This document shows positions 28,379-38,613 of a stretch of DNA of 64,000 nucleotides, one piece after another. The translations under genes and the position numbers were made by a program. The stretch is taken from the sequence record SRR31156797_8254; one strand, given 5' to 3'. The notes under the pieces are model-generated. The model made no database searches and was not told the origin of the DNA. It saw nothing but the letters and a program-made list of their open reading frames with translations. Position 1 is the first letter of the stretch; each line of letters opens with the position of its first letter.

Positions 28379-30403
28379 ATGAGTATATTAGCTATTGTTC
28401 AGGCTCGATTGGGATCTAGACGCTTACCAAATAAAGTATTGTTACCAATCGAAGGTAAGCCAGTAATTCAGCATCTATTGGAAAGGCTTCAGCGTTCAGA
28501 TAAAATAGATAAAATCATCCTGGCAACTTCTGAAAATCAGGAGAATGATAAGCTTCAGAATTTTGTAGAATCAATTGGATTTGAAGTTTTTCGTGGTGAT
28601 GAGAATGATGTTCTCGACAGATTTTATAAAGCCGCCGTGAAACAGAAGCCCGATCATATTGTGAGAATAACGGGGGACTGCCCGATAATCGATCCTGTGA
28701 TTGTTGATCAGGTTATCACTCTCTATGAGGAGAGTGGTGTCGACTATGCAAGCAATGTCGATCCTCCTACTTATCCTGATGGACTGGATACGGAGGTATT
28801 CTCCTTTATGGCTCTGGAAGAGGCCTGGCAGAAGGCTATAGAAAAGCAGGACCGAGAACATGTGACTCCCTATATCAGGAATAATAAAAACTTTAGAAAG
28901 AATAATCTATTAAATGATAAAGATCTTTCCAATGAACGATGGACTCTGGATGAACAGAATGACCTCGTTTTGATTCGTGAGATCTTTCATCATTTCAATG
29001 ATAACAACTTTCATATGGATGATGTTCTGGGGCTCAAAGTATCTAAATCAGAAATATTTGGGATTAATAAAGATTCTAAGCGAAATGAGGGCGCGGATAT
29101 GGGTAGTGGACAAAAATTATGGACTAGAGCGAAGCAGATAATGCCTGGAGGAAACTCTCTCCTTTCGAAAAGAACAGAGCAGTTTCTTCCTGGAATCTGG
29201 CCTTCTTATTATAGTAAAGCTAAAGGCTTTACCGTATGGGATATGGATGATAATGAATATAAAGATTTCTGCATCATGGGAATCGGAACTAACACCTTGG
29301 GATATGCCAGGGAGGAGGTCAATTCTGCCGTAAAAAAAGCCATAGATGACAGTAACTGTTCTACTTTAAGTTGCTATGAAGAGGTCTATCTCGCAGAGAA
29401 ACTCATTCAGATGCATCCCTGGGCGGATCAGTTGAGATACAGTCGAACGGGCGGAGAGGCTGCAGCTATGGCAATCCGTATCGCCCGTGTCGCCTCCGGT
29501 AGGGATCAGGTGGCGTTTTGTGGGTATCATGGTTGGCATGATTGGTATCTCTCCTCTAATCTGGCAGATGGTAAAAATCTTGATACAATGTTGCTTTCTG
29601 GTTTGTCATCAGAAGGTGTTCCACGAGGACTTTCGGGATCTGCCATACCCTTTGAATACAATAAAATTGAGCAGCTAGAGAAAATTATCGCAAAGAATAA
29701 TATTGGCGTTATTATGATGGAGCCTTTCAGAAATAAAATGCCGGAAAATAACTTCCTACAGAAAGTCAGAACGCTAGCTACGGATAATAATATCGTACTG
29801 ATATTCGATGAGGTTACAGCTGCGTTTAGAAAGAACTTTGGTGGACTGCACATGACTATGCATGTGGAGCCAGATATGGCTGTTTATGGTAAAGCTTTGG
29901 GGAACGGTTTTGCGATTTCTGCGGTTATCGGCAGGAAGGAGGTTATGGAAGCTTCTCAGAAGACGTTCATCAGCAGTACATACTGGACTGAAAGAACAGG
30001 GCCGGTCGCCGCATTGGAAACTCTACGAATCATGGAAGAAGAGAAAAGTTATGAAACGATAGACTCTCTTGGGCAATATATTAATAAGAGATGGAAAGAA
30101 TTAGGCAGTAAATACGGATTAGATCTTCATGTGGAAGGCCTTCCCTCTATCAGTCACTTTGGTTTCAGTGAAGAAAACCTGGAAAGAAAGACCTTTATCA
30201 CCCAGGAAATGCTGAAGCGGGGATATCTTGCGTCCAATAGTTTTTATATAAGCAATGCACATAATATGGAAGAAGTAGATCTCTATCTGGGTCAGTTGGA
30301 TGAAGTCTTTAATAAGATCGCAGAGATTCATAAATCAGGACAGCCTCTAAAAGAACATTTGGATGGGGATGTCTGTCATAGTGGTTTCCAAAGGTTAAAC
30401 TGA
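28379..30403 (+). CDS. Fusion of SpsF-type cytidylyltransferase and class-III (GSA-aminomutase-like) aminotransferase
   Basis: N-terminal QARLGSRRLPNKVL, RITGDCP, YPDGLDTE; C-terminal MPGG, GYHGWHDW, FDEV, YGKALGNGF. Confidence 0.88.
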   Translation: MSILAIVQARLGSRRLPNKVLLPIEGKPVIQHLLERLQRSDKIDKIILATSENQENDKLQNFVESIGFEVFRGDENDVLDRFYKAAVKQKPDHIVRITGDCPIIDPVIVDQVITLYEESGVDYASNVDPPTYPDGLDTEVFSFMALEEAWQKAIEKQDREHVTPYIRNNKNFRKNNLLNDKDLSNERWTLDEQNDLVLIREIFHHFNDNNFHMDDVLGLKVSKSEIFGINKDSKRNEGADMGSGQKLWTRAKQIMPGGNSLLSKRTEQFLPGIWPSYYSKAKGFTVWDMDDNEYKDFCIMGIGTNTLGYAREEVNSAVKKAIDDSNCSTLSCYEEVYLAEKLIQMHPWADQLRYSRTGGEAAAMAIRIARVASGRDQVAFCGYHGWHDWYLSSNLADGKNLDTMLLSGLSSEGVPRGLSGSAIPFEYNKIEQLEKIIAKNNIGVIMMEPFRNKMPENNFLQKVRTLATDNNIVLIFDEVTAAFRKNFGGLHMTMHVEPDMAVYGKALGNGFAISAVIGRKEVMEASQKTFISSTYWTERTGPVAALETLRIMEEEKSYETIDSLGQYINKRWKELGSKYGLDLHVEGLPSISHFGFSEENLERKTFITQEMLKRGYLASNSFYISNAHNMEEVDLYLGQLDEVFNKIAEIHKSGQPLKEHLDGDVCHSGFQRLN

Positions 30404-30407
30404 GCAT

Positions 30408-31175
30408 ATGAAGTTAGGCCTTAAGGTTTGGTCAATAAACGAAAACTACCTTAATGACATATATAAATTAATTGAGGAAGAATGCTTTGATTATATAGAA
30501 CTGTTTTCAGTTCCTGGTAGTTATTCAGATACAGTCAGTCTCTGGAAAGATTTAAAATCCTCAAAAGAATTCCCTTTTATTATTCATGCCCCCCATTATA
30601 TGAAAGGCATGAATCTGGCAGATCAGGAAGCATGGCAGAAGAATCAGAAGCTGGCGGAGGAATCATTTCGGTTTGCTGATGATTTGGATAGCCCATGGAT
30701 AATTTTTCATCCCGGATGTAATGGTGATGAAAGGGAAACGGCTAGACAGATCAAAAAACTTGGCGACTCTAGAATTATTATAGAAAATAAGCCGTACATC
30801 GGAATTGATGATGCTACAAAATGTAATGGGTACAGCCCGGAGTTGATCAAGCAGATTATGGATGAGAGTTCATGTTTGTTCTGTATGGACTTCAGTCACG
30901 CTATTTGTGCTTCAAACAGCTTAAAGATTGATTGTATGTCATTTCTGAATGATTTCAAAGCGTTAAATCCCTGTATGTATCATCTCTGTGACGGCCAATG
31001 GGACAGTCCCATCGATTCGCATATGAATTTGGGTACTGGGAACTATCCGCTAAAAGATTTACTGTCGATGATAGATGAATCTGCATTACTTTCTATTGAA
31101 ACACGGAAAAGCCCTGATAGTCTAAGTGACTTTGAACGCGACATCTCGTATCTGAATGGATTGTTGGATAAATAA
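30408..31175 (+). CDS. Xylose-isomerase/AP-endonuclease-2-like TIM-barrel metalloprotein
   Basis: HAPH, FHPG, IENKP, MDFSHA, HLCDG, DSHMNLGTG, IET metal-ligand pattern. Confidence 0.75.
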   Translation: MKLGLKVWSINENYLNDIYKLIEEECFDYIELFSVPGSYSDTVSLWKDLKSSKEFPFIIHAPHYMKGMNLADQEAWQKNQKLAEESFRFADDLDSPWIIFHPGCNGDERETARQIKKLGDSRIIIENKPYIGIDDATKCNGYSPELIKQIMDESSCLFCMDFSHAICASNSLKIDCMSFLNDFKALNPCMYHLCDGQWDSPIDSHMNLGTGNYPLKDLLSMIDESALLSIETRKSPDSLSDFERDISYLNGLLDK

Positions 31176-31648
31176 TGAACTTTGAGGATTACATCTTTAC
31201 CGATTACACCGAACTGAATGAAGACGATGCGGCAATGGTTCTCGATTGGCGTAATAGTGATTTCGTGCGGAATTATATGGATGACTCTTCCATAATATCC
31301 ATAGATGATCATCTTTCATATATAGAGAGACTGAAAAAAATAAGTGATAAAAGATACTTGCTAGTAAAAAAAGAAACGGGTCCCATCGGCTGTATCAGTT
31401 TTCAGGATATCACTGAAGATACTGCTGAATTGGGAATTTTTATAAACCCCCGTTTGAAAGGTCTGGGTGTAGGCAAGGAGCTTATGACGCTTCTGGAGTA
31501 TTATGCCGAAAGCGTTCTTCATCTTAAACTATTGACACTAAAGGTGAAGAAAAAAAATCTTGGGGCTGTAAAACTGTACAAATACTTCTCATATAGATCA
31601 TGTTCTGAAGATACAGAATACCTCTATATGGATAAGGCATTAGTGTAA
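31175..31648 (+). CDS. pseH: PseH-like GNAT N-acetyltransferase
   Basis: VLDWRNSDFVR..M, I...H, KGLGVG, N..AVKLY; directly before pseI. Confidence 0.8.
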   Translation: MNFEDYIFTDYTELNEDDAAMVLDWRNSDFVRNYMDDSSIISIDDHLSYIERLKKISDKRYLLVKKETGPIGCISFQDITEDTAELGIFINPRLKGLGVGKELMTLLEYYAESVLHLKLLTLKVKKKNLGAVKLYKYFSYRSCSEDTEYLYMDKALV

Positions 31649-31661
31649 GGGATTAAAACAG

Positions 31662-32669
31662 ATGAGTTTTATTATTGCAGAGCTGTCTGCTAATCACAAT
31701 CAGAAAAAACAGATTGCTTTGGATAGTATTAAAGCTATCGCGGATACGGGTGTGGATGCTGTTAAAATACAGACATATACCCCTGATACTATCACGTTGA
31801 ATTGCGCTAACAAGTACTTTAAAATTAACCAGGGATCTCTTTGGGATGGGACGACTCTCTACAACTTATACCAGTCAGCGTATACACCATGGGAGTGGTA
31901 TGATGATTTAAAGAAATGCGCTGACGATTATGGTGTTGTCTTGTTCTCATCCCCCTTTGACAAGTCGGCTGTTGATTTTCTTGCTTCTAAGAACATGCCA
32001 TATTATAAAATAGCCAGTTTCGAAATTACTGATATCCCCCTTATCGAGTATGCGGCTTCCAAAGGAAAGCCCATTATCATCTCAACAGGAATCGCAACTA
32101 TAGGTGAGATTCAGGATGCTGTTGAGGCTTGTCGCAAAATCGGCAATGAGGATATAACTCTATTATATTGCGTTTCAAGTTATCCGGCTAAACCTGAAGA
32201 ATTCAATCTTAATACTATGAAAAACCTAAAGGATACATTCGGTGTTAAAATCGGCTTATCAGACCATTCCTTGAACAACGATATTGCTATTGCTTCGATC
32301 GCACTAGGTGCTGAGGTTATTGAGAAGCATTTCATCCTGGATAGATCTCTTGGAGGCCCGGATGCTCCTTTCAGTCTGGAGCCTGAGGAATTCGAATCTC
32401 TTGTTAACTCTGTAAGAACAGTTGAAAAAGCTTTGGGACATACTGATTACTCGCTAACTGATGCGAAGCTTAAGAATCGCAATTTTTCTCGATCTTTATT
32501 CGTTGCTAAAGACATCAGAGAAGGCGAATTCTTTACCGAATTTAATATCAGATCGGTTCGACCGGGTTATGGTTTGGCCCCAAAATACATAAAAGATATA
32601 ATGGATAAAAAGGCTTCAAGAAATTTAAAATTCGGTGATCCATTAACTTGGAACGATATAAAAAACTGA
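31662..32669 (+). CDS. pseI: Pseudaminic acid synthase
   Basis: IIAELSANHN, KIQTYTPDTIT, AYTPWEW, KIASFEITD, GLSDH, EKHF, C-terminal SAF domain (VRPGYGL). Confidence 0.92.
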   Translation: MSFIIAELSANHNQKKQIALDSIKAIADTGVDAVKIQTYTPDTITLNCANKYFKINQGSLWDGTTLYNLYQSAYTPWEWYDDLKKCADDYGVVLFSSPFDKSAVDFLASKNMPYYKIASFEITDIPLIEYAASKGKPIIISTGIATIGEIQDAVEACRKIGNEDITLLYCVSSYPAKPEEFNLNTMKNLKDTFGVKIGLSDHSLNNDIAIASIALGAEVIEKHFILDRSLGGPDAPFSLEPEEFESLVNSVRTVEKALGHTDYSLTDAKLKNRNFSRSLFVAKDIREGEFFTEFNIRSVRPGYGLAPKYIKDIMDKKASRNLKFGDPLTWNDIKN

Positions 32670-32695
32670 ACAGGATTATCGATTAGGGCTATATA

Positions 32696-33913
32696 TTGAA
32701 AGACAATAGAAGTGATTTAAAGAAAATACTGGTAATTCAACAGTACTATTATCCAGACATCTCAGCCGTTGCTCAGCTGCTTGGCGATCTCCTTACGAAG
32801 TTGGCAAGAGACGAGCATTATGAAATAGACGTTCTATGCGGTACGAATTATCGGAGTCCCAGTCATCCCAAGGGGAAGTGGAAAGAGTTTCAAAAGCATA
32901 ATAATGTAAATATCAAACGTATACAGACGACCTTGCCGAATGGCAATATAATACTTCATCGTCTCTTTGAATATATTCTTTTTTATATAGGGGTTTCCCA
33001 TTTTGTAAGAAAGAACAAGGGATATTACGACCTGTTTATTTCTATGACAACACCTCCGCTGATCGGCTATCTTGTTGCTAGATCCTTGAAACGGTCAGAG
33101 AGCCCTATGATCTATTATGTTGAGGATTTGTATCCAGAACTTTTATTTGACATGGGTTATATTAAAAGGTTTTGGATTGTTCAACGCTTACAATTTATTA
33201 ATAAATATATAATTAGCCGGGCCAAGCGTGTTATAACTCTTGGTTCGTATATGACCAGAAAACTCTGGTTGAATTATGGCATAAATAAATCACAGGTTGT
33301 AGAGATCTCTAACTGGGTAAATGATGTACAGTATCTTGAACCAGAGCAAAAAGATCATTTTACGATCCTATACTCGGGAAATCTGGGATTGGCGCATGAC
33401 TTTTCTTTGTTGACAGATTTACTGGATGAAATCACAGACGATGAAATCAATGTTGAATTTAAATTCATAGGAGCAGGGCGTCAGTATGATACGGTCAAAA
33501 AGGTTTTTGAAAAGTATAAGATTAAATATCAGTTCTGTGGATACTGTGAAAAATCAGAGCATAACAATATGCTAGCATCGGCAGATATGCTATTGATTTC
33601 TCAGAAAAATGAAACTGTAGGCGATATATTTCCTTCAAAATTCTATAGTTATCTAGCAGCCGGCCGTCCGTTGTTGTTCTTAGGAACTGAAAAATCTGAA
33701 ATAGGTGACTTTATTAAAGCTCGTAATATAGGTCAAATTATAGAGATCCCAGAGGATATTCCGAAGGCAATTGAGTATATTAATGGCTTAATACTTAACA
33801 AACATTTTCATAGAGGGGAATGCGAGAAAATCTCTAGGATCTATCAAGATGAGATGGGTTTTGAGAAGTCTTATATTGCATTCAAAAATCTAATTGATGA
33901 GGTTATAGTTTAA
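32696..33913 (+). CDS. Glycosyltransferase family 4 (WbuB/WcaI-like)
   Basis: QYYYPD, TTPP, DLYPE, YSGNLGLAH, PSKFYSYLAAGRP; TTG start. Confidence 0.85.
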   Translation: MKDNRSDLKKILVIQQYYYPDISAVAQLLGDLLTKLARDEHYEIDVLCGTNYRSPSHPKGKWKEFQKHNNVNIKRIQTTLPNGNIILHRLFEYILFYIGVSHFVRKNKGYYDLFISMTTPPLIGYLVARSLKRSESPMIYYVEDLYPELLFDMGYIKRFWIVQRLQFINKYIISRAKRVITLGSYMTRKLWLNYGINKSQVVEISNWVNDVQYLEPEQKDHFTILYSGNLGLAHDFSLLTDLLDEITDDEINVEFKFIGAGRQYDTVKKVFEKYKIKYQFCGYCEKSEHNNMLASADMLLISQKNETVGDIFPSKFYSYLAAGRPLLFLGTEKSEIGDFIKARNIGQIIEIPEDIPKAIEYINGLILNKHFHRGECEKISRIYQDEMGFEKSYIAFKNLIDEVIV

Positions 33914-33914
33914 C

Positions 33915-34691
33915 GTGAAAACAGACCGTAGAAGATTTGAGAGGATTATTATAATCCTGGATATAATTGTAATTTTCTTTTCATTGATTGCGTCCTGGCT
34001 AATCCGTTCGCAATTTAATCTTTTTTATTACAATGTTTCCATTTTTATTTTTCTCTTTCCTTGGGTCCTGTTTTCTCGTTTATTGTCTCAATATATTTTT
34101 GGTTACTATAACCTAAGTGTTTCTCATCTCAATAATCATGATATATTTAGAATTTTCAAATATAATCTATTACCGACACTTATTCTGGTCATACTCAGAT
34201 TTTTCGGGAGAAACCATGATCTTATTAGAATGCCATTGAGCATGATAGCAATGGAGTATCTGTTTACAACATGTGGTTTCTTATTTGTACGTATATGTAT
34301 CTATTCCATTTCTATAAAGAAAACGATACCTGAAGGATATAAACGAAAGGCTATTCTTTGGGCGGAGGTTCGGGATTTTAGAGAGCAGATTGATTTAAAA
34401 ATTATTGAAAAGAAGTTCAATATAGAAATCAAAGGGATTATCAACAGTAATCCTTTATTCTGGAATTCGAGTGTCGCCGGGATACGAGTATTTGGCTCAG
34501 AGAAAGAATTGCCAGCAATATCAGCCGCAAATGAAAATATCTCGACTCTCTTGCTCCTTCAGGATTCCGAGCTATATAAGAGAACAAAGAAAAGCCTTCA
34601 TTGTTATGTAGAATCGCTACGGTTTGAAGTTGGAACGATTTCTAATGATAAATTTGAAATTAAATCTAACGAATGGATTCTGTCAATTTGA
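33915..34691 (+). CDS. Membrane protein resembling the N-terminal TM and linker region of CapD/PglF (or WcaJ), with no catalytic domain
   Basis: Four TM helices (LDII...ASWLIR; MPLSMIAMEYL...FVR), a degenerate Rossmann-like linker (VAGIRVFG), then a stop. Confidence 0.55.
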   Translation: MKTDRRRFERIIIILDIIVIFFSLIASWLIRSQFNLFYYNVSIFIFLFPWVLFSRLLSQYIFGYYNLSVSHLNNHDIFRIFKYNLLPTLILVILRFFGRNHDLIRMPLSMIAMEYLFTTCGFLFVRICIYSISIKKTIPEGYKRKAILWAEVRDFREQIDLKIIEKKFNIEIKGIINSNPLFWNSSVAGIRVFGSEKELPAISAANENISTLLLLQDSELYKRTKKSLHCYVESLRFEVGTISNDKFEIKSNEWILSI

Positions 34692-34733
34692 AATACATAA
34701 CCGGAAATTGTTTAGTTAAGTGGAGAATACCTG

Positions 34734-36095
34734 TTGAAAGGTGAAAATAGTAAGTATCAGATTAACAAACTGATTGAACGAGTTGTAAATCAGGGTATCT
34801 GTGTCGGATGTGGCGCATGTGTCTGCTTGGATTCGGCAAATAGAACAAGGATGAAATATACGAATTATGGTCCTGTTCCTATAGTGGACAATGATTCCGT
34901 TCTCTCCGAGATGTTTAATAAAATATGTCCTGCTGTTGGAGTGAACTATCCTGAGCTATATAAGTCATTATATGGTTCACTACCTGAGAATTGGCTTGTG
35001 GGTAAAACTATTGCCACCAGAGTAGGATTCACTTCAGATCCTGATATTAGAAGAAATGCGGCCTCTGCTGGGATAATAACTCAAACATTAATCTATCTAC
35101 TAGAAAACAGAATGATAGATGCCGTAATCCTTGCGAAACAAGGAGTCCCTAGTCCGGCAGAAGCGAGACCGGTCATTGTTGATAAGATTGAAGATATAAA
35201 AAAATGTTCTCAATCGGTTTACATTCCAGTTTCAATGCTTGAAATTTTACCCGAACTGGAGCCAGATAAAGAATACGCCATTACCTGTGTACCAGAGCAA
35301 AGTTCTGCATTAAGAATGATGCAGAAGTATAATATATCAAATGCAAACTGTATCAAATATGTATTAGGACCTTATACAGGTACTGCATTATATCCAGATG
35401 CTTTGAATGCATACTTAAGGATGAAGAGGGTGAAGAATGATTCCATTACGAAATTGGAATGGAGGGCTGGAGAATGGCCCGGTTCTTTGCGAATTGAGTT
35501 GGCATCCGGTAAAGTAATATCTACACCGAAGATATATTACAATTTTCTGATTCCATTTTTCGTTACTCAAACAAGCCTGCAAAGCATGGATTTTATTAAT
35601 GAATTTGCGGATCTGGCTGTTGGCGATGCATGGTCACCAGACTATGAATTAAAAGGAGAAGGCTTTTCAGTATTCTCTACAAGAAATACTGAAATGGAAT
35701 CAATCGTTCAGGAAATGATTGAGAAAAAAATCATTGATTCTAATGCAATTGATCCTTTGGAAGCTCTTTCTATGCATGGACACATGTTGGATTTTAAGAA
35801 ACGCGGAGGCTGGATAAGGAATGAGCGGCGTATCAAAAAGGGAAAACTCGCTCCTGATTATGGTTATGCTCCGTTAGATATTAGTATCGCAAGAAAAATA
35901 GTAGAGGCCGTGAATATCTTTTTATTTAATTTCGGGAGTACTTACTTTGCTCGCAGAAGCTTATCACTTTTTCCGGAAACAATTCTTGGACCTCTATTCA
36001 ACAAAACCAGACTGTTCTGGAAAAAAATTAGCAAACCGACAAAGCGTAAAGGATTAAGCGAATATAAGGTAAGAGTCAATGAATACAATTCATGA
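34734..36095 (+). CDS. FrhB/FdhB (coenzyme F420 hydrogenase beta subunit) family Fe-S protein
   Basis: CVGCGACV...CP ferredoxin motif, AASAGIIT, SQSVY, WRAGEWPG, ADLAVGDAW. Confidence 0.8.
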   Translation: MKGENSKYQINKLIERVVNQGICVGCGACVCLDSANRTRMKYTNYGPVPIVDNDSVLSEMFNKICPAVGVNYPELYKSLYGSLPENWLVGKTIATRVGFTSDPDIRRNAASAGIITQTLIYLLENRMIDAVILAKQGVPSPAEARPVIVDKIEDIKKCSQSVYIPVSMLEILPELEPDKEYAITCVPEQSSALRMMQKYNISNANCIKYVLGPYTGTALYPDALNAYLRMKRVKNDSITKLEWRAGEWPGSLRIELASGKVISTPKIYYNFLIPFFVTQTSLQSMDFINEFADLAVGDAWSPDYELKGEGFSVFSTRNTEMESIVQEMIEKKIIDSNAIDPLEALSMHGHMLDFKKRGGWIRNERRIKKGKLAPDYGYAPLDISIARKIVEAVNIFLFNFGSTYFARRSLSLFPETILGPLFNKTRLFWKKISKPTKRKGLSEYKVRVNEYNS

Positions 36096-37671
36096 ATTAC
36101 TTTTAAAACATTGCAAAGACCTGCTTCCCAGAATCCTTACGCAGGTATGCAGAGATCCTAATGCGTTTGAATATGGATCTTTCGATAGGAACTGGTGGCA
36201 TTACAAGATAAGGGATTTCTCTTCTATCATACTCCAACAGGGAGGGTATACCCTCTTCTGCGCTTCTACTCTACCTGAATATGCTGGTAGTTCACAATCA
36301 TTAATTGAAATTGCTGAAGCATCAGCTAAATTCTGGAATCAGAGATCACAGAGTTTCCGAGCGTATGAAGAGTATTACCCATGGGAGCAGGGATATCCAC
36401 CTCTTGCCTTTTCTACTTTAGCAGTCGCAAAATTGGTAGATAAAGGAATCGTTTCGCTAAATGACGTCCAGCCAGGTTTGAAACAAGCCGTCAATCAGTT
36501 GGAAAAGAGATTTGAGCCTGAGGCTATTAATCAGCAAATAGCAGGTTTAGCAGCGCTCAGTATAATAAGAAAAATAGATAAGAAACTTGTAGATGAAGAC
36601 GTATTTAATGAGATTCTTTATAAAACTCTTTCATATCAGGATGAAGAAGGATGGTTTCATGAATACGGAGGTCCTGACTTAGGATATCTCTCTGTTTCTC
36701 TGGATTGCCTTTGGGACATCTACGATGCTACAGCTGATCCCGATGTCGAGAAATCTGCGCATCGAGCGTTTGATTTTATATATAGAATGACGATTTCTGA
36801 TCACCTTAAAATTGGAATGCACAATTCCAGAAACACGGACTATATCGTTCCATATGGTATTTGCAGGTTTCTGGAGATTGAAAAGAGCGCTGAGAAAGCA
36901 TCGTACGTTCTTAATGCGTTATATCGAGATCTCGATAATGAAGAGCATTTTCTTAAGGCAGTTGATGACAGATACTACTGTCATTATATTGGGCATTCCT
37001 TGTTCAGGGCCATTCCCTACATAAAAAATGGTATTAGCATATTTGATAGAACTTATTCCGGATCTGAATACTTATCAAATTCAGGGTATTATCTATACAA
37101 GGATGATAACTCAGAGAACTGTGGAATAGTATCTACTAAAAAGGGCGGGATCTTCACATTCTATATCAACAACATAAATATATCCGACTATGGCTGGTTA
37201 CTGTTTAAAGATTCAAAGATCTATACTACCCATTGGTGGGGAGACTTTTGGGAACAAACTATAGGTCATAAACAGATTAAAGTTAAGGGCCATTTCGTTT
37301 TGACTCACTCAAATGTAAGCTCTCCTTTTAAGCACATAGTTCTAAGGACGCTCAGCCTCTTGCTTGGATCAAGAATAATCAGTGTATTAAAGAAAAGAAT
37401 GATCTTTAATGAAAAAAAGAAAATAAAGCTAATCGAGTTTGAAAGAACTATATCCTGGACTGATAATGTCATTTCGGTTATAGATAGCTTTGATTTGCCT
37501 TCATACACTGAATTTCAAAGAGCTCCCCGCTCTTCCAAACGGCATGTCGCAAGTGCGGACAGTTATCATAGAGAGGACTTCTCTTTATGCTCAACTGGAA
37601 TCTCAGTGAATGAAGAAATTGTCAGAGAAACAGATCGCGTTAAGATTTGTACAATATATGAGGTCAAATAA
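36079..37671 (+). CDS. Hypothetical protein, probable alpha/alpha toroid plus beta-sandwich (heparinase II/III-like architecture)
   Basis: GSFDRNWWHYK, QDEEGWFHEYGGPDLGY, NSRNTDY; helical N-terminal half and beta-rich C-terminal half. Confidence 0.45.
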   Translation: MNTIHELLLKHCKDLLPRILTQVCRDPNAFEYGSFDRNWWHYKIRDFSSIILQQGGYTLFCASTLPEYAGSSQSLIEIAEASAKFWNQRSQSFRAYEEYYPWEQGYPPLAFSTLAVAKLVDKGIVSLNDVQPGLKQAVNQLEKRFEPEAINQQIAGLAALSIIRKIDKKLVDEDVFNEILYKTLSYQDEEGWFHEYGGPDLGYLSVSLDCLWDIYDATADPDVEKSAHRAFDFIYRMTISDHLKIGMHNSRNTDYIVPYGICRFLEIEKSAEKASYVLNALYRDLDNEEHFLKAVDDRYYCHYIGHSLFRAIPYIKNGISIFDRTYSGSEYLSNSGYYLYKDDNSENCGIVSTKKGGIFTFYINNINISDYGWLLFKDSKIYTTHWWGDFWEQTIGHKQIKVKGHFVLTHSNVSSPFKHIVLRTLSLLLGSRIISVLKKRMIFNEKKKIKLIEFERTISWTDNVISVIDSFDLPSYTEFQRAPRSSKRHVASADSYHREDFSLCSTGISVNEEIVRETDRVKICTIYEVK

Positions 37672-38613
37672 ATGAAGTTGATCATTCAGATTCCGTGCTT
37701 TAATGAAGAAAAGACTTTGAAAGAGACTCTAGATGATATACCCAGGAAGATCCCGGGAATTGATGTCGTAGAGGTCATGGTTGTAGATGACGGCAGTACT
37801 GATAAGACCATAGAAGTTGCTAAAGAGAACAATGTAGACCATATCATCAGTTTAGGAACAAACAGAGGATTGGCAACGGCCTTCAGAAGAGGTTCTGAAT
37901 ACGCATTGGAACAGGGAGCTGATATACTGGTAAATACAGATGCTGATAATCAATATTGCGGTGCAGATATCCCTAAACTTATTATTCCGATCCTGGAGGA
38001 CAGAGCGGACCTTGTTGTTGGTTGTCGTCCCATTAAAGATCATCCCGAATTCCACCCGATTAAGAAACTACTGCAGATGGCAGGTAGTTCTACATTAAGG
38101 AAGATTTCGAATACTACAGTCAGAGATGCAGCTTCCGGATTCAGAGCTTTTAGTAGAGAGACACTAGGACGGATATTCATACATTCAAAATTCTCATACT
38201 GTATGGAAACCCTTATTCAGGCAGGTAATTCAGGAATACGTGTAAGTTCAGTTGATATTGGAGTCAATCCTAAAACGAGAGAGTCCCGCCTTTTCAAGAG
38301 TATACCCGAGTATGTTAAAAAGTCGGGGGGAACAATCCTTCATATGTTTATTCTTTATCGTCCCGGCCGTTTCTTTACGGCTCTGGCTTCACCTTTTCTT
38401 GCCATATCGCTGTTCATCGGAATACGGTTTATCTATCTGATTTATTTGGTAGAACAAGTGCAATCGAATCGTACTTATATACCTTCTCTAATTCTACTCT
38501 CAGTTTCTGCTGTTACAGGTATTCTCTTATTAGCTTTGGCTATTATCGGAGAACTGCTGAGAGCACAACGAAGGGTAGCTGAAGAAAACCTATACTTATT
38601 ACGGAAAAAATAA
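37672..38613 (+). CDS. Polyprenol-phosphate glycosyltransferase (GtrB/Dpm1-like GT2)
   Basis: IPCFNEE, VDDGSTD, NRGLA, TDADNQY, DAASGFRAF; two C-terminal TM helices. Confidence 0.88.
   Translation: MKLIIQIPCFNEEKTLKETLDDIPRKIPGIDVVEVMVVDDGSTDKTIEVAKENNVDHIISLGTNRGLATAFRRGSEYALEQGADILVNTDADNQYCGADIPKLIIPILEDRADLVVGCRPIKDHPEFHPIKKLLQMAGSSTLRKISNTTVRDAASGFRAFSRETLGRIFIHSKFSYCMETLIQAGNSGIRVSSVDIGVNPKTRESRLFKSIPEYVKKSGGTILHMFILYRPGRFFTALASPFLAISLFIGIRFIYLIYLVEQVQSNRTYIPSLILLSVSAVTGILLLALAIIGELLRAQRRVAEENLYLLRKK

Noticed and set aside
28379-30403. Calling the C-terminal domain hemL
   Set aside because: Fused to a cytidylyltransferase within pse genes, with no tetrapyrrole genes nearby.
34734-36095. 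Evidence for F420-dependent or hydrogenase metabolism
   Set aside because: No hydrogenase subunits or F420 biosynthesis genes; the FrhB fold is in a glycan context.
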